Positions 28,198-37,817 of a DNA stretch of 64,000 bases are shown one piece after another. Source of the stretch: Planctomycetota bacterium (GTDB lineage: Bacteria > Planctomycetota > B15-G4 > JADJEK01); contig JBGAIQ010000008.1 in NCBI GenBank assembly GCA_044225365.1, forward strand, positions 64,001 to 128,000. The letters are read 5' to 3'. The notes beneath the pieces were generated by a model that saw nothing but the letters and a program-made list of their open reading frames with translations, did not search any database and was not told the origin of the DNA. The position numbers and the translations under genes are program-made. Position 1 is the stretch's first letter, and the number at the start of each line of letters is the position of its first letter.

Positions 28198-29946
28198 CTA
28201 CGGGCCGATGCAGAGGACTTCGCGCAGGGAACGGTGGAACAGGCGGCCGTTCGCGTAGGAGATCGAGTTGAGCGACCAGGTGTCGCCCACGGGGCCGAGA
28301 TCCGACACCGAGAGCAGCGCGTGCTCGTCGAGGACTTTTGCCGCGCCGTCGATCACGTAGGTCAGGCCGAGCGTCGTCGTGAAGTAGATGTGATCGTTGA
28401 CCGCGGTCGGGCTGCCCCAGAACGCGGGGATCTCGAAGCCGTCGGTCCGCGAGCGGTCTTCCTTCACCGGATCGATTCCGCGAGAGTTCAGCGTGGCGGT
28501 GCGCTGCGCCTCGCCGTAGAGGAAGCGATCCGGTTTCCCGATCTCGCGTACGACCGACACGGGCAACTCGAGATACTCGACCTTGCCCGTCTCGATCGCA
28601 ACGCGACCGAGGCAGTGCGATGGACCCGCCTTGCCGTTCTTGCCCGGCCGCGTCGCGTTCGGAGCCGCATTGCGCCCGTGTGCCGTGCTGCACAGGAAGT
28701 AGTGGTATCCCGCGACCACGATGTTGGAGTGCCAGGCGGGATGCACGACGATGACGTCGTTCTTCGCATCGAACGCCATGCGCGGCGCGGGGTCGACGAG
28801 GTCGCGGAGGTTCACGTTGGGCAGATACTCGTAGCGACCCTTCTGCCGGTCGAATCGCCGCAGATCGACGCCATGCACGAGGGACTGCACCTTCTCGAGC
28901 TTGCCGTTGCGGGAATCGAACACGAGGTGACTCTCGATCGGATTCAGCTCGAACCAGTACGCATGGCGTGCGTCCCAGTGCTGCACGTAGAGCGCCTGCC
29001 AGGTCGGCGCGCCGAGCGTGCCCGGCTGAACCAGCGCTTCCCCGTTCGCATCGGTGCCCGCGATCCAACGCCACAACGTCTTTCCGGCGTCCTTCGCTCG
29101 CAAGCTCGTGAGGCCGATGCCGACGGGTGCCTCCGGGACGCCGTGCCATCCCCCGCGCCCATGCAGGATCGCTGGAACACCCTGGTCGGTGAACCCGAAG
29201 ACGGGCGTGTCGTAGGTCGTCGTCCCGTCCTCCGCGATCCACACCGTCGCACCCGTCTTCTTGTCGAGGGCACGCAGGTAGTTCCAGCCCTGCTTGCTGC
29301 CGTCTTTGCGCCGTGGATCGGATGGGTCGAGCGGCTCCACGTTCAAGATCCAGTCGCCGTAGGCGATCGGCTCGTACTGTTTGTTGAACGGAAACCCATC
29401 GGCCTCCGACCACGGCGTGAACGCGTGTTCCCAGACGAGGGTGCCGTCGTGCGTATAACACGCGACGTCGCCGCTCGCGTTGTAGAACCAGACGTGCTCG
29501 CCGTCGGTCAACGGCGTCGGTGTACTCGAATCCGAGTACGCGTAGAGATTGGGGCTCGGAACGCTTCCTCGCAGGACGCGCGACCAGAGGATCGCGCCCG
29601 TCTTCTCGTCGAGCGCGAATCCCACGACGTCCTTGGACATCTTCGCGGCATCGTCGCTCGGCGCTCCTGGTTCCGGTCGATACGGAGCGAGCGTTGTGAG
29701 GAAGACTCTCCCGCCGCCGATCGCGATGCCGCTCTGCCCACCTTCGGGCAAGGGCGTGCGCCACGCGATGTGCTCACCTCGAGTCACGCTCCACGAATCG
29801 GGCGGCGCCGGCACGCCGCGCACCTGCCAGTTCCCATCCGGGCCCGCGGCACCAGGCCACGCCGCGCTCGTCGTCGGATCCGAAGCGATCCGAAGGAGCG
29901 CGAGAAGGATCGAACTCGAAACGAGATGAATGAGCATCATGCGCAC
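28198..29946 (-). CDS. PQQ-binding-like (BamB-like) beta-propeller secreted protein
   Basis: Signal peptide; WPGAAGPDG, IAWRTPLP.GGQS, TPTPLTDGEHVW, ALDKKTGATVW, YANGRLFHRS...LCIG. Confidence 0.82.
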   Translation of the reverse strand: MRMMLIHLVSSSILLALLRIASDPTTSAAWPGAAGPDGNWQVRGVPAPPDSWSVTRGEHIAWRTPLPEGGQSGIAIGGGRVFLTTLAPYRPEPGAPSDDAAKMSKDVVGFALDEKTGAILWSRVLRGSVPSPNLYAYSDSSTPTPLTDGEHVWFYNASGDVACYTHDGTLVWEHAFTPWSEADGFPFNKQYEPIAYGDWILNVEPLDPSDPRRKDGSKQGWNYLRALDKKTGATVWIAEDGTTTYDTPVFGFTDQGVPAILHGRGGWHGVPEAPVGIGLTSLRAKDAGKTLWRWIAGTDANGEALVQPGTLGAPTWQALYVQHWDARHAYWFELNPIESHLVFDSRNGKLEKVQSLVHGVDLRRFDRQKGRYEYLPNVNLRDLVDPAPRMAFDAKNDVIVVHPAWHSNIVVAGYHYFLCSTAHGRNAAPNATRPGKNGKAGPSHCLGRVAIETGKVEYLELPVSVVREIGKPDRFLYGEAQRTATLNSRGIDPVKEDRSRTDGFEIPAFWGSPTAVNDHIYFTTTLGLTYVIDGAAKVLDEHALLSVSDLGPVGDTWSLNSISYANGRLFHRSLREVLCIGP

Positions 29947-30121
29947 GCGAGGCTACGAGGACGGCGCAGGGCTTTCGAGAGCCTTGCCATCGATTCACGA
30001 GAAGTTCGGACTGCGGCTTTTTGTGATTGATTTCGGCGCTTCAAGTCGCCGATCGAAACGGATTAGATTGTTGGATCACAACCAGGATCTCGCGCAGCTC
30101 GTAGGGCGCGCAGGACGAAAG

Positions 30122-30976
30122 ATGACGACGGCCCATCCCAGCACAGCGCTCACTCCTGAGAACACGTTCGCGTTCGGTCTGAAGGATGTCGATGAGCTGC
30201 CCTTCCCCCACGTCATGCGACGACCGTTCTTCCAGCCCGAGTTGTTCGCGCGGTTGAAGGAGCAGTTCCCCGGGAATTCCTACTTCGAGAACAAGGATCG
30301 AGTCGGCGGTCGCACCGACCGCGATCTCTATTCGGGCGACGCGGGCTACCAGGAGTTCCTCGATTCGGCGCCGGCATGGCGTCAGGTGCACGATTTCTTC
30401 GACTCGCCGGCCTTCGTCCAGTTCGGGCTCGGGCTGTTCGGAAAGTGGCTGAAGCCGCTCGGATCCGAAGTCGATCCGTCGCGCGCCCACCACGTCAACT
30501 ACATCGAGCCGCGCGAGAACCTCGCGCGCAAGCGCTCGAAACTCACGAAGCTGCTCCGCCGGGTCCCACTCGCCAGCCGACTCGTCGACCCGCGGCACGA
30601 CGTGCAGGTCAACGATCTCTTCGTGCGCCTCGATTTCGAGCAATGCGATGTCGGCTACACCAAGAAGGTGCATTGCGACTTGCCGAATCGCCTGTTCTCC
30701 ATGATCGTGTACTTCGACGACGCCGATGCGATCGGAATGGTCGGCGGCGATCTGCAGATCCACGAACATCGGGAGCGGAAGTCCCCGCTCGGCTACGAAC
30801 GATACCCCCACGACGAGAACACCCGAGTGGTGCACACCGTGAAGTCGCAGGCGAATTCCGGCCTCGTCTTCCTGTGCTGCAACAATTCGTATCACAGCGT
30901 GACGCCGATCACGGCGCTGAAGAGCTACCGCCGGTACATCTACGTGAGCATCTCGAGCGTCGCCGACGCCTGGTGA
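30122..30976 (+). CDS. 2OG-Fe(II) oxygenase superfamily protein
   Basis: HxD (VHCDL), GGDLQIH, distal His (SYHSV) and Arg (YRRYIY). Confidence 0.78.
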   Translation: MTTAHPSTALTPENTFAFGLKDVDELPFPHVMRRPFFQPELFARLKEQFPGNSYFENKDRVGGRTDRDLYSGDAGYQEFLDSAPAWRQVHDFFDSPAFVQFGLGLFGKWLKPLGSEVDPSRAHHVNYIEPRENLARKRSKLTKLLRRVPLASRLVDPRHDVQVNDLFVRLDFEQCDVGYTKKVHCDLPNRLFSMIVYFDDADAIGMVGGDLQIHEHRERKSPLGYERYPHDENTRVVHTVKSQANSGLVFLCCNNSYHSVTPITALKSYRRYIYVSISSVADAW

Positions 30977-30992
30977 CTTCGACGGTACGGGA

Positions 30993-31955
30993 CTACGGCG
31001 ATCTCGCTCGCCCGATCTCTTCGTTCGCGAGACTCTCCACGTGTTCGCGCACGGTCCGGACGTCGAATGCGCGGGTGAAGATCTCGAGATACTCCCGCAG
31101 CCGCTTCAGCTTCGTCTCACCGTCGACGTTCATCCCCGGGAAGAACGCGAGGGCATGAAGATCGTCGCGACCGAGGAAATCGAGCGGATGGAGCAGCAGG
31201 CAGGGCTTCACCGCGAACACGCGACACGCCGCGATCGCCCATCGAAAGTACGTTCGCGCGAGCCATGGCGAGAACGTCGACAGATACAGCAGGTAGCTCG
31301 CGTGGATCGGCAGTCGCAGGAGAGGGAACGTGGTGACCGGGAGTTCGAGGAGTTCGCCAGCGGCGAGCTTCCAGCGATACGCACCGAGCGGTAGGAAACC
31401 GTTCGCCGCGCCGCCGAAGAGTTCCTTGCGCTGCGCGCGCTCCTGCGAGGACAGACTGGACTTGAAGAAGTAGTACATCCTCGCGAGCGGACCGATGAAC
31501 GTCGGAAACGTCGACGTGTCGTAGAGGTAGTCCCGCTGCTTCAGGATGCGCAAGGTCGCGGGACTGAACGAGAAGCCGGGGCCGCGGAAGCCGCGCGGTC
31601 GCACGCCCGTCGCCGCGACGATGCTCTCCTCCGCGCTCACCAGCTCCCGTTCCATCTCCTCGTCCGAGTAGAGATGGAGCCACGGTTCATGGCGGAAGGA
31701 ATGGGATCCGATCTCGTGTCCGGCCAGCGCGAGTCGTCTCAACGCGGCGTGGTTCTTCTCGAGCGCGGCGTCCTGCCCCACCACGAAGATCGTGGCCTTC
31801 AAATCCAGCGCCGCCAGGAAGTCGACGACACGCGGCACCAAGGTGTCGAGATAACTCGGGTACGTCTCCCAACCGGGATCGCCATGCGTGCGCATGTACG
31901 ACCACTGGTTGTCGAGATCGAGGGAGACGCTCGCGATCGGGCGTTTCGACGTCAC
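30993..31955 (-). CDS. CE4 polysaccharide deacetylase
   Basis: SLDLDN, KATIFVVG, HEIGSHSFRH, GFRGPGF, LLHPLDF; GTG overlaps the upstream stop. Confidence 0.88.
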   Translation of the reverse strand: MTSKRPIASVSLDLDNQWSYMRTHGDPGWETYPSYLDTLVPRVVDFLAALDLKATIFVVGQDAALEKNHAALRRLALAGHEIGSHSFRHEPWLHLYSDEEMERELVSAEESIVAATGVRPRGFRGPGFSFSPATLRILKQRDYLYDTSTFPTFIGPLARMYYFFKSSLSSQERAQRKELFGGAANGFLPLGAYRWKLAAGELLELPVTTFPLLRLPIHASYLLYLSTFSPWLARTYFRWAIAACRVFAVKPCLLLHPLDFLGRDDLHALAFFPGMNVDGETKLKRLREYLEIFTRAFDVRTVREHVESLANEEIGRARSP

Positions 31956-33304
31956 GCAGGGCCTCCCGCCAGGACGCTCGCAGCGACGGAATCGGCGAGC
32001 TTCACGGTTTCGTTCACGTTGAGCGTACCGTTCACGATGTGCGCCGAGTTCGCGAGGAAGAGTCCGCGTATCGACGTCGTGACGCTCGGCAAGAGCTTCG
32101 AGTAGTGCAGCGTCGAGAGCGCGTGGACGTGGCGCACGCGAGAGACGCGGAACGCGAGCAGATCGTGGGAGCGACGGAACTGCGGGAACATGCGCTCGAG
32201 AGCGGAAACGTACGACTCCTCGATCTCCGCATCGGATCGCTCGAACAACGGATCGTCCGAATGCGTGTAGCGCGGCAGGTAGAGGAGATGCCGGCCGCCG
32301 AAGGTCGCGGGATCGACGAGCGTCGTCATCTCGATCACCCCGGTGAACGGCAGATCGTCGTCGAGGAGATTCGTGACGTAGAACGGCGAGAGGCGATTCC
32401 GAACGAGGGCCGAAGCGCACACGATGCCTTGGTAGCTCACGCCGTTCAGCCGCTGCGTCTCGTCGGTCGTGAGTTCTGGACACATGCGTGCCGCGATCGA
32501 TGCCGGCGCCGTCACCACGGCGCATTCGAACGATTGCCTTTCGCCTTGCGCCGTCTGCACTTCGATTCCCTCCGGGCAGCGCGTCACTCTCGCGACGACC
32601 GTCGCCGTCCGAATCGTCCCGCCCGCGCGGGTGATGGCGGAAGCGAGAGCGGAGAGCACGCGGTCGTACCCGCCGCGCACGTAACCGAACATCTCCTTCT
32701 TCAACCCGGAGCGGCGCGCGGCATAGAGTCGCTGGATCGTCGCCCAGATGAACGCCGCCGACGTCCGCTTGTAGTTCTCACCGAGCTTGCTGCGCAGGAG
32801 CGGAAGCCAGAATCGCTCGAATACCGAACGACCCGACATCTTCACGAGCCAGTCCTCGACCGTGATGTCCTCGAGCGGGCGGTGATCGCGGATCCTCGAG
32901 GCGCGGAGGATCGTCGTGGCGAGGCGGAACTTGCCGATGAGCGAGAGTTCGGGGAAGAGCAGGAACTCGACCGAATTCGAGATCGAATGCAGACGTCCGC
33001 GCGCGTAGCAACCCGTCTTCGTCTCGACCCACTCGCACTCCTCCGCGAGGCCGATGTCGGCGAGCAGCCCACGCAGGTGCGAATCGGAGAGCAGCGTAAC
33101 GTGGTAATGGCGGTCCCACGTGATGTCGCCGAGCGTCCAGGACGAGGCGAGGCCACCCACTCGATCCGCGCTCTCGAACACGGTGACGCGACGCCCCGCC
33201 CGCGCGAACCGCAGCGCGAGCGTGAGCCCGAGCATTCCACCGCCGACGACGGCGATCGCTCCGGCCCCGCCCGACTCGTGGGTTCCGCCGCTCGGCTCGT
33301 TCAA
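31952..33304 (-). CDS. FAD-dependent oxidoreductase (amine oxidase/HemY-like fold)
   Basis: IAVVGGGMLGLTLA, VFESADRVGGLA, WDRHYH; TTG start overlaps the upstream stop. Confidence 0.85.
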   Translation of the reverse strand: MNEPSGGTHESGGAGAIAVVGGGMLGLTLALRFARAGRRVTVFESADRVGGLASSWTLGDITWDRHYHVTLLSDSHLRGLLADIGLAEECEWVETKTGCYARGRLHSISNSVEFLLFPELSLIGKFRLATTILRASRIRDHRPLEDITVEDWLVKMSGRSVFERFWLPLLRSKLGENYKRTSAAFIWATIQRLYAARRSGLKKEMFGYVRGGYDRVLSALASAITRAGGTIRTATVVARVTRCPEGIEVQTAQGERQSFECAVVTAPASIAARMCPELTTDETQRLNGVSYQGIVCASALVRNRLSPFYVTNLLDDDLPFTGVIEMTTLVDPATFGGRHLLYLPRYTHSDDPLFERSDAEIEESYVSALERMFPQFRRSHDLLAFRVSRVRHVHALSTLHYSKLLPSVTTSIRGLFLANSAHIVNGTLNVNETVKLADSVAASVLAGGPA

Positions 33305-33930
33305 GACGGCGTCAAGGTCTCCGTGACCTCGTCCCCGTCGATGAGATAACCGCGACCGCAGGCCTCGCACTTCGCCGCGAGCTTCGATGGCGGCTTGCCC
33401 GGTTCGAAACGCGCGACCGGAGGGCCGCAACGGCACACGACGGCCACGCTCTTCGCAGGGCTGCCGATCACGAGATGATGAGCGGGAACCGAACGACTGA
33501 CGACGGCGCCCATCCCCACCATCGCGAACCGGCCGATCGTGATTCCGGGGCCGATCACGCAACGCGCACCGAGCGTCGCGCCGGCGCACACCCTCGTATC
33601 GAGCGTGTGCTCGTCCGGCTCCGACGGCGCGAGCTTGCTGAGGTCGGGCGTGGTCGCGCGCGGAAAACGATCGTTGGTGAACGTCGTGCCCGCGCTGATC
33701 ATCACGCCGGTCTCGATCGTGACGGCGTTGCAGATGTAGACGAACGCGTTGATCTTCACGAGATCGCCGATCTCGACGCCGTAGGCGATGTACGTCTTCT
33801 CGCCGACGATGCAGCTCTTGCCGATCTTCGTTCCCGGCCCGCGAACATGCACGCTGTCCCAGATCGAACTTCCGTCGCCGATGTCGACGCCGTTCTCGAT
33901 GAGCGCCGTCGGATGGATACGAACGCCCAT
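33301..33930 (-). CDS. Hexapeptide-repeat sugar N-acetyltransferase (WbpD/WlbB-like)
   Basis: IHPTALIE, FTNDRFPRA, IGRFAMVGMGAVVSRSVP...GSPAK, C-terminal CRCG/CEACG. Confidence 0.88.
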   Translation of the reverse strand: MGVRIHPTALIENGVDIGDGSSIWDSVHVRGPGTKIGKSCIVGEKTYIAYGVEIGDLVKINAFVYICNAVTIETGVMISAGTTFTNDRFPRATTPDLSKLAPSEPDEHTLDTRVCAGATLGARCVIGPGITIGRFAMVGMGAVVSRSVPAHHLVIGSPAKSVAVVCRCGPPVARFEPGKPPSKLAAKCEACGRGYLIDGDEVTETLTPS

Positions 33931-33932
33931 GT

Positions 33933-34919
33933 TCAGCTCCTCACCGCGATCCAGTTGTTCGCCGCGAGCGAAGCGTACGCGGCCTCGATCGCTCGCACCG
34001 ACGCGAGCGCATCGTCGACCGTCACGCGCAGGGGCTCGGTCCCGGCCACGGCGTTGCAGAAGTTCACCACTTTGCTGCGGAACGCCTGCATCTTGTCGTA
34101 GCCCTTGCCGAACACCGTCCACTGCCGATCCGCAGTGCGGCGAAACACCGACTGCTGCCAACCGATGCGGATCACGCCTTCGGTGCCATAGATGTCGATG
34201 AAGCTCTCGAGTCCCTTGTTGATGCTCCACGACAAGTCGACACCGGCGATCACACCGGACATGCTGCGCACGAAGATGCGAACCGTGTCCTCGACGTCGA
34301 TCGGCTGCACGCGCTTCGCCTCGACCGCTTGGACGTGAGACAACGGACCCAGGAAGTAGCGCAGGATGTCGACGGAGTGCGTTCCGTTGTCGATCAAAAC
34401 GCCGCCGCCGCTCTGCTCGCGCTTCGAGTTCCAACGCTTGCTCATGTCGACGTGGCTCGTGAACGCGTTCTCGAACAGCGAGATCTGACCGAGGACACCG
34501 GACGCCACCATGCTCTGCGCCCGCACCACGTCCTCGACGAAGCGGAACTTCGACGCCATGGTGAGGACGCGCTTCTTCTGCTTCGAGACATCGATCATCC
34601 GCTGCGCGCTCGCCGAGTCGATGCTGATCGGCTTCTCGCAGAGGACGTGGACGCCCGCGTTCATGAGATCGATGCAGATCTCGGGATGACTCGCGGGAGG
34701 GGTACAGACGATCGCAGCGTCGATCTTGTCCTTGTCGAGCATCTCGCGATGACTCGACCGCGCCGCGCAATGCAGCGCTTCGGCGACCGACGACGCCACT
34801 TCGGGTCGCACGTCCGCGACCGCGACGATGCGACCTTCCTTGATCTCCGGGAATGCCTGGACGTAGGTGTGCGCGATGCCGCCCGCGCCGATCAAACCGA
34901 ATCGCAGCGGCTCAGCCAT
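33933..34919 (-). CDS. Gfo/Idh/MocA NAD-dependent oxidoreductase
   Basis: FGLIGAGGIA, VCTPPASH, HVLCEKP, GGGVLIDNGTHSVD. Confidence 0.9.
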   Translation of the reverse strand: MAEPLRFGLIGAGGIAHTYVQAFPEIKEGRIVAVADVRPEVASSVAEALHCAARSSHREMLDKDKIDAAIVCTPPASHPEICIDLMNAGVHVLCEKPISIDSASAQRMIDVSKQKKRVLTMASKFRFVEDVVRAQSMVASGVLGQISLFENAFTSHVDMSKRWNSKREQSGGGVLIDNGTHSVDILRYFLGPLSHVQAVEAKRVQPIDVEDTVRIFVRSMSGVIAGVDLSWSINKGLESFIDIYGTEGVIRIGWQQSVFRRTADRQWTVFGKGYDKMQAFRSKVVNFCNAVAGTEPLRVTVDDALASVRAIEAAYASLAANNWIAVRS

Positions 34920-36141
34920 TGCCCGCTCCCGTGCACTGCTTGCACGACTCACGCACGGCCCTCGCGATGTAGTCGACGTGCTCCTTCGTGTAGCGCTCGT
35001 TCCACGGCATCACGAGGATGCGATCGAGCGCTTCGTAGCTGCCTGGGAATTGCGCGGGGTCGTAGTTCACCGCTTCGGGACGCGCGAGGTTGAACGGGAA
35101 CCGGCTCTTGCCGAACGTGACCTGTTCGCGGAAGACCTGGCACGCGAACGCCGGCTTCTGGATGTAGCGTGGCGCCGACGCGATCCCGTAGGTCGCGAGC
35201 ACTTTCGCGAGCGCGGGACCTCCGCCCTGGATGACGTTCGGGTCGACGCGCAGGCAGTACTTCCAGAACGTGTGCTCGGCGCCCTTCGTGATCATCGGCG
35301 TCTCGATGCCGGGGATCCCCGCGAGCGCCGAGGTCATCAGTTTCGCCATCGCGACGCGCTGATCGACCGAGAACTGGAGCTTCTCGAGCTGCGCAACCGC
35401 GACGGCGCCCTGCAGCTCGCTCATACGGTAGTTGAGCGCGAGGAAGTAGTGGTCCGGGTTCTTGTCGCCGTAACCCCAGGCCTTGTTGATGAAGAGGAAC
35501 ATCCGGCGCGCGAAGTGATCGTCGTTGGAGACGACGATGCCGCCTTCACCCGTCGTGATGTGCTTGCCCTGTTGCAGGCTGAACGCGTTCGCGGCGCCGA
35601 ACGTGCCGACGTACTTGCCGTCGCACTTCGCCATGAACGACTGCGCGCAATCCTCGATGACGGGCACCTTCGCCGCGTTCGCCAGTTCCATGATCGGCCC
35701 CATCTCGCAGGGATTGCCGAACAGGTGCGTGACGATGATCGCCTTCGTCTTCTTCGAGAGGCACTTCTCGATCGTCTTCGCGGTGACGTTGTAGGTCTTG
35801 GGATCGACGTCCGCGAAGACCGGGATCGCTCCCTGATACACGATCGGCGCCAGCGCGCCCATGTCCGTGATCGGCGTCGTGATGATCTCGTCGCCGGGCT
35901 CGGGATCGATCGCGGCGATGTTGCAGTGGACCGCCGCAGATCCCGACGCGCAGGCGTAGGCGTACTTCACGCCGAGACGCTGTGCGAACGACTGCTCGAG
36001 CTTCTTGACGAAGGTGCCCTTCGTGCTCGTGAGCACTCCGCTCTTGATCACGTCGGTGAGGAGCTTGATCTCCTCGTCGCCGAGCGTGCGGCCGGACGCA
36101 TCTTGATCGTTCGGGATCGGGATCTTCGTGAGAGTCGTCAT
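34912..36141 (-). CDS. DegT/DnrJ/EryC1/StrS sugar aminotransferase
   Basis: SGSAAVH, PGDEIIT, VIEDCAQS, FSLQQGKHITTGEGG, NYRMSELQGA. Confidence 0.93.
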   Translation of the reverse strand: MTTLTKIPIPNDQDASGRTLGDEEIKLLTDVIKSGVLTSTKGTFVKKLEQSFAQRLGVKYAYACASGSAAVHCNIAAIDPEPGDEIITTPITDMGALAPIVYQGAIPVFADVDPKTYNVTAKTIEKCLSKKTKAIIVTHLFGNPCEMGPIMELANAAKVPVIEDCAQSFMAKCDGKYVGTFGAANAFSLQQGKHITTGEGGIVVSNDDHFARRMFLFINKAWGYGDKNPDHYFLALNYRMSELQGAVAVAQLEKLQFSVDQRVAMAKLMTSALAGIPGIETPMITKGAEHTFWKYCLRVDPNVIQGGGPALAKVLATYGIASAPRYIQKPAFACQVFREQVTFGKSRFPFNLARPEAVNYDPAQFPGSYEALDRILVMPWNERYTKEHVDYIARAVRESCKQCTGAGNG

Positions 36142-36188
36142 GGGTGTAGCAAGGCTCCGTTCGAACTTGACGTGTACGTTCCGTCGTC

Positions 36189-37817
36189 TCAGCGCAACCG
36201 CTCCCAGGAGAGCTGCGCGAGCAATCTCAAATGACCGAGGATCGTGCGGAAGAGCGCGAGCTTCGAGTAACCGAGCACGCGCGATTCCAGGATCGCCGGC
36301 GCCTCCACGATCCGATCTCCTCGCAGGCAGAGCCGCGCGAGCAGTTCAGCGACACCGAGGAACCCACCTTCCGAGACTGCGACGTCGACCACGGCGGAGC
36401 GGCGGTAGACGCGGAAGCAACTCGTGTAGGTGAAGATCTTCTGCGGGAGCACGAGGCGATACAGTTTCGATAGTGTTTTCGACAAAGAGAGACGCCAAGG
36501 TGCAACGTTCTTCACCTGGCCGCTCGGATGGTAGGGCGATGCCGTCACGAGGTTCACGTCGCTCTCGAGCAGCGGGATCATCGTCCGCAATTGATGCGGA
36601 TCGTAGCTGCAGTCGCAATCGATCGAGCAGACGACCTCGGTCTTCGCCGCGCGCACTCCGGAGAGGATCGCCGCCGCGACTCCTTTGTTGCGTTCGTGGC
36701 GCACGATCTCGCAGTTGTCTCGCTGCCCAAACGCACGGTCCAGTGCGCCGAGCGTGCCGTCGCGGCTCTTGTCGTCGACGAACAGGAATCGCAGGTCGTA
36801 GTCGCGTCCCAGGTCCTGCTCGAGTTCGAACAGCGTGTTCGCGAGGTACGGAACGGTCGACTCTTCGTTGTAGCAGGGGATCACGATGCTGACGGGAGTG
36901 CGGTCCGGTTTCGTCGTGGTCGCGATCGTCGAAACGGTCGAATCGGCCTTGCTCGACTTCGCGGGGAGCTGCGCGGTCTCGAGACCGAGGTGCTCGGCGA
37001 TCGGACGGAATGCATAGGTCGCGAAGCACTCGCGCAGCACGGCCTCCATCTTGCCGAGATTGCGGTACTGCCGAATGCGGGTGAGCACGCCGCCGACCGA
37101 GACGCGCGGGACCTCGGGATCGAGCTCCCACACGTGGAAGTACAGATTGAGCGGATGCTCCGATCGCGCCACCGTCGACGCGAGTGCCCTGCGCAGCATC
37201 CACTGTGGGAACTGCCGGAAGTAGTTGCCGCCGCCGAGCGGCCACGTGAAGGCGTCGGGCCCGCACGACGTGATGGGCATCTCCCAGATCTCGCGGCCGT
37301 TCTCGCGGTGGAGATAGGGATACCGCCGCCACGGTTGCGAGGCGACCTCCGTGAAGCGCGGGTAGGCGCTGGAGTCGTAGCGGAATCCCTCGGCGGCGAG
37401 CACGTCGAGCGCCCACAGGTCCTTCTGCTTGAGGCTGCCCTTCGCGATCCGGTAACCGACGACCTTGCGCCCCGCCGCGCGTTCGACCGCATCGCGCGCC
37501 CGCTGGACATCGTCCCGGAACTCGGCCTCGCTCATCTCGTCGATGCTGCGATGGAAGTGTCCCTTGCAGGCGATCTCGTGGCCGCGACGCGCGATCTCGG
37601 CAATGATCTCGGGGAAGCGCTCCGCCGTCCATCCGAGGGCGAAGAAGGTCGCCTTGATCTGGTATTCGTCGAGGAGATCGAGGACCTTCGTGGTGTTGAG
37701 GGCGAGGCGCGTTTCGAGCCTTCCCCACAGCTTCGGCTCGATGCGTTTGTTGAACGCCGACGCGTGATAGTAGTCCTCGACCGCAACGGTCAGGAGGTGG
37801 CGGCGCGGAGTCGTCAT
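36189..37817 (-). CDS. Fusion of an XrtA-system-type CE4 deacetylase-like domain and a GT2 (DPM/ArnC-like) domain
   Basis: N-terminal LTVAVEDYYH, KATFFALGW, GGGNYFR, YFHVWELDP; C-terminal IVIPCYNEE, VDDKSRDGT, IDCDCSYDP, TSCFRVYRR. Confidence 0.88.
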   Translation of the reverse strand: MTTPRRHLLTVAVEDYYHASAFNKRIEPKLWGRLETRLALNTTKVLDLLDEYQIKATFFALGWTAERFPEIIAEIARRGHEIACKGHFHRSIDEMSEAEFRDDVQRARDAVERAAGRKVVGYRIAKGSLKQKDLWALDVLAAEGFRYDSSAYPRFTEVASQPWRRYPYLHRENGREIWEMPITSCGPDAFTWPLGGGNYFRQFPQWMLRRALASTVARSEHPLNLYFHVWELDPEVPRVSVGGVLTRIRQYRNLGKMEAVLRECFATYAFRPIAEHLGLETAQLPAKSSKADSTVSTIATTTKPDRTPVSIVIPCYNEESTVPYLANTLFELEQDLGRDYDLRFLFVDDKSRDGTLGALDRAFGQRDNCEIVRHERNKGVAAAILSGVRAAKTEVVCSIDCDCSYDPHQLRTMIPLLESDVNLVTASPYHPSGQVKNVAPWRLSLSKTLSKLYRLVLPQKIFTYTSCFRVYRRSAVVDVAVSEGGFLGVAELLARLCLRGDRIVEAPAILESRVLGYSKLALFRTILGHLRLLAQLSWERLR

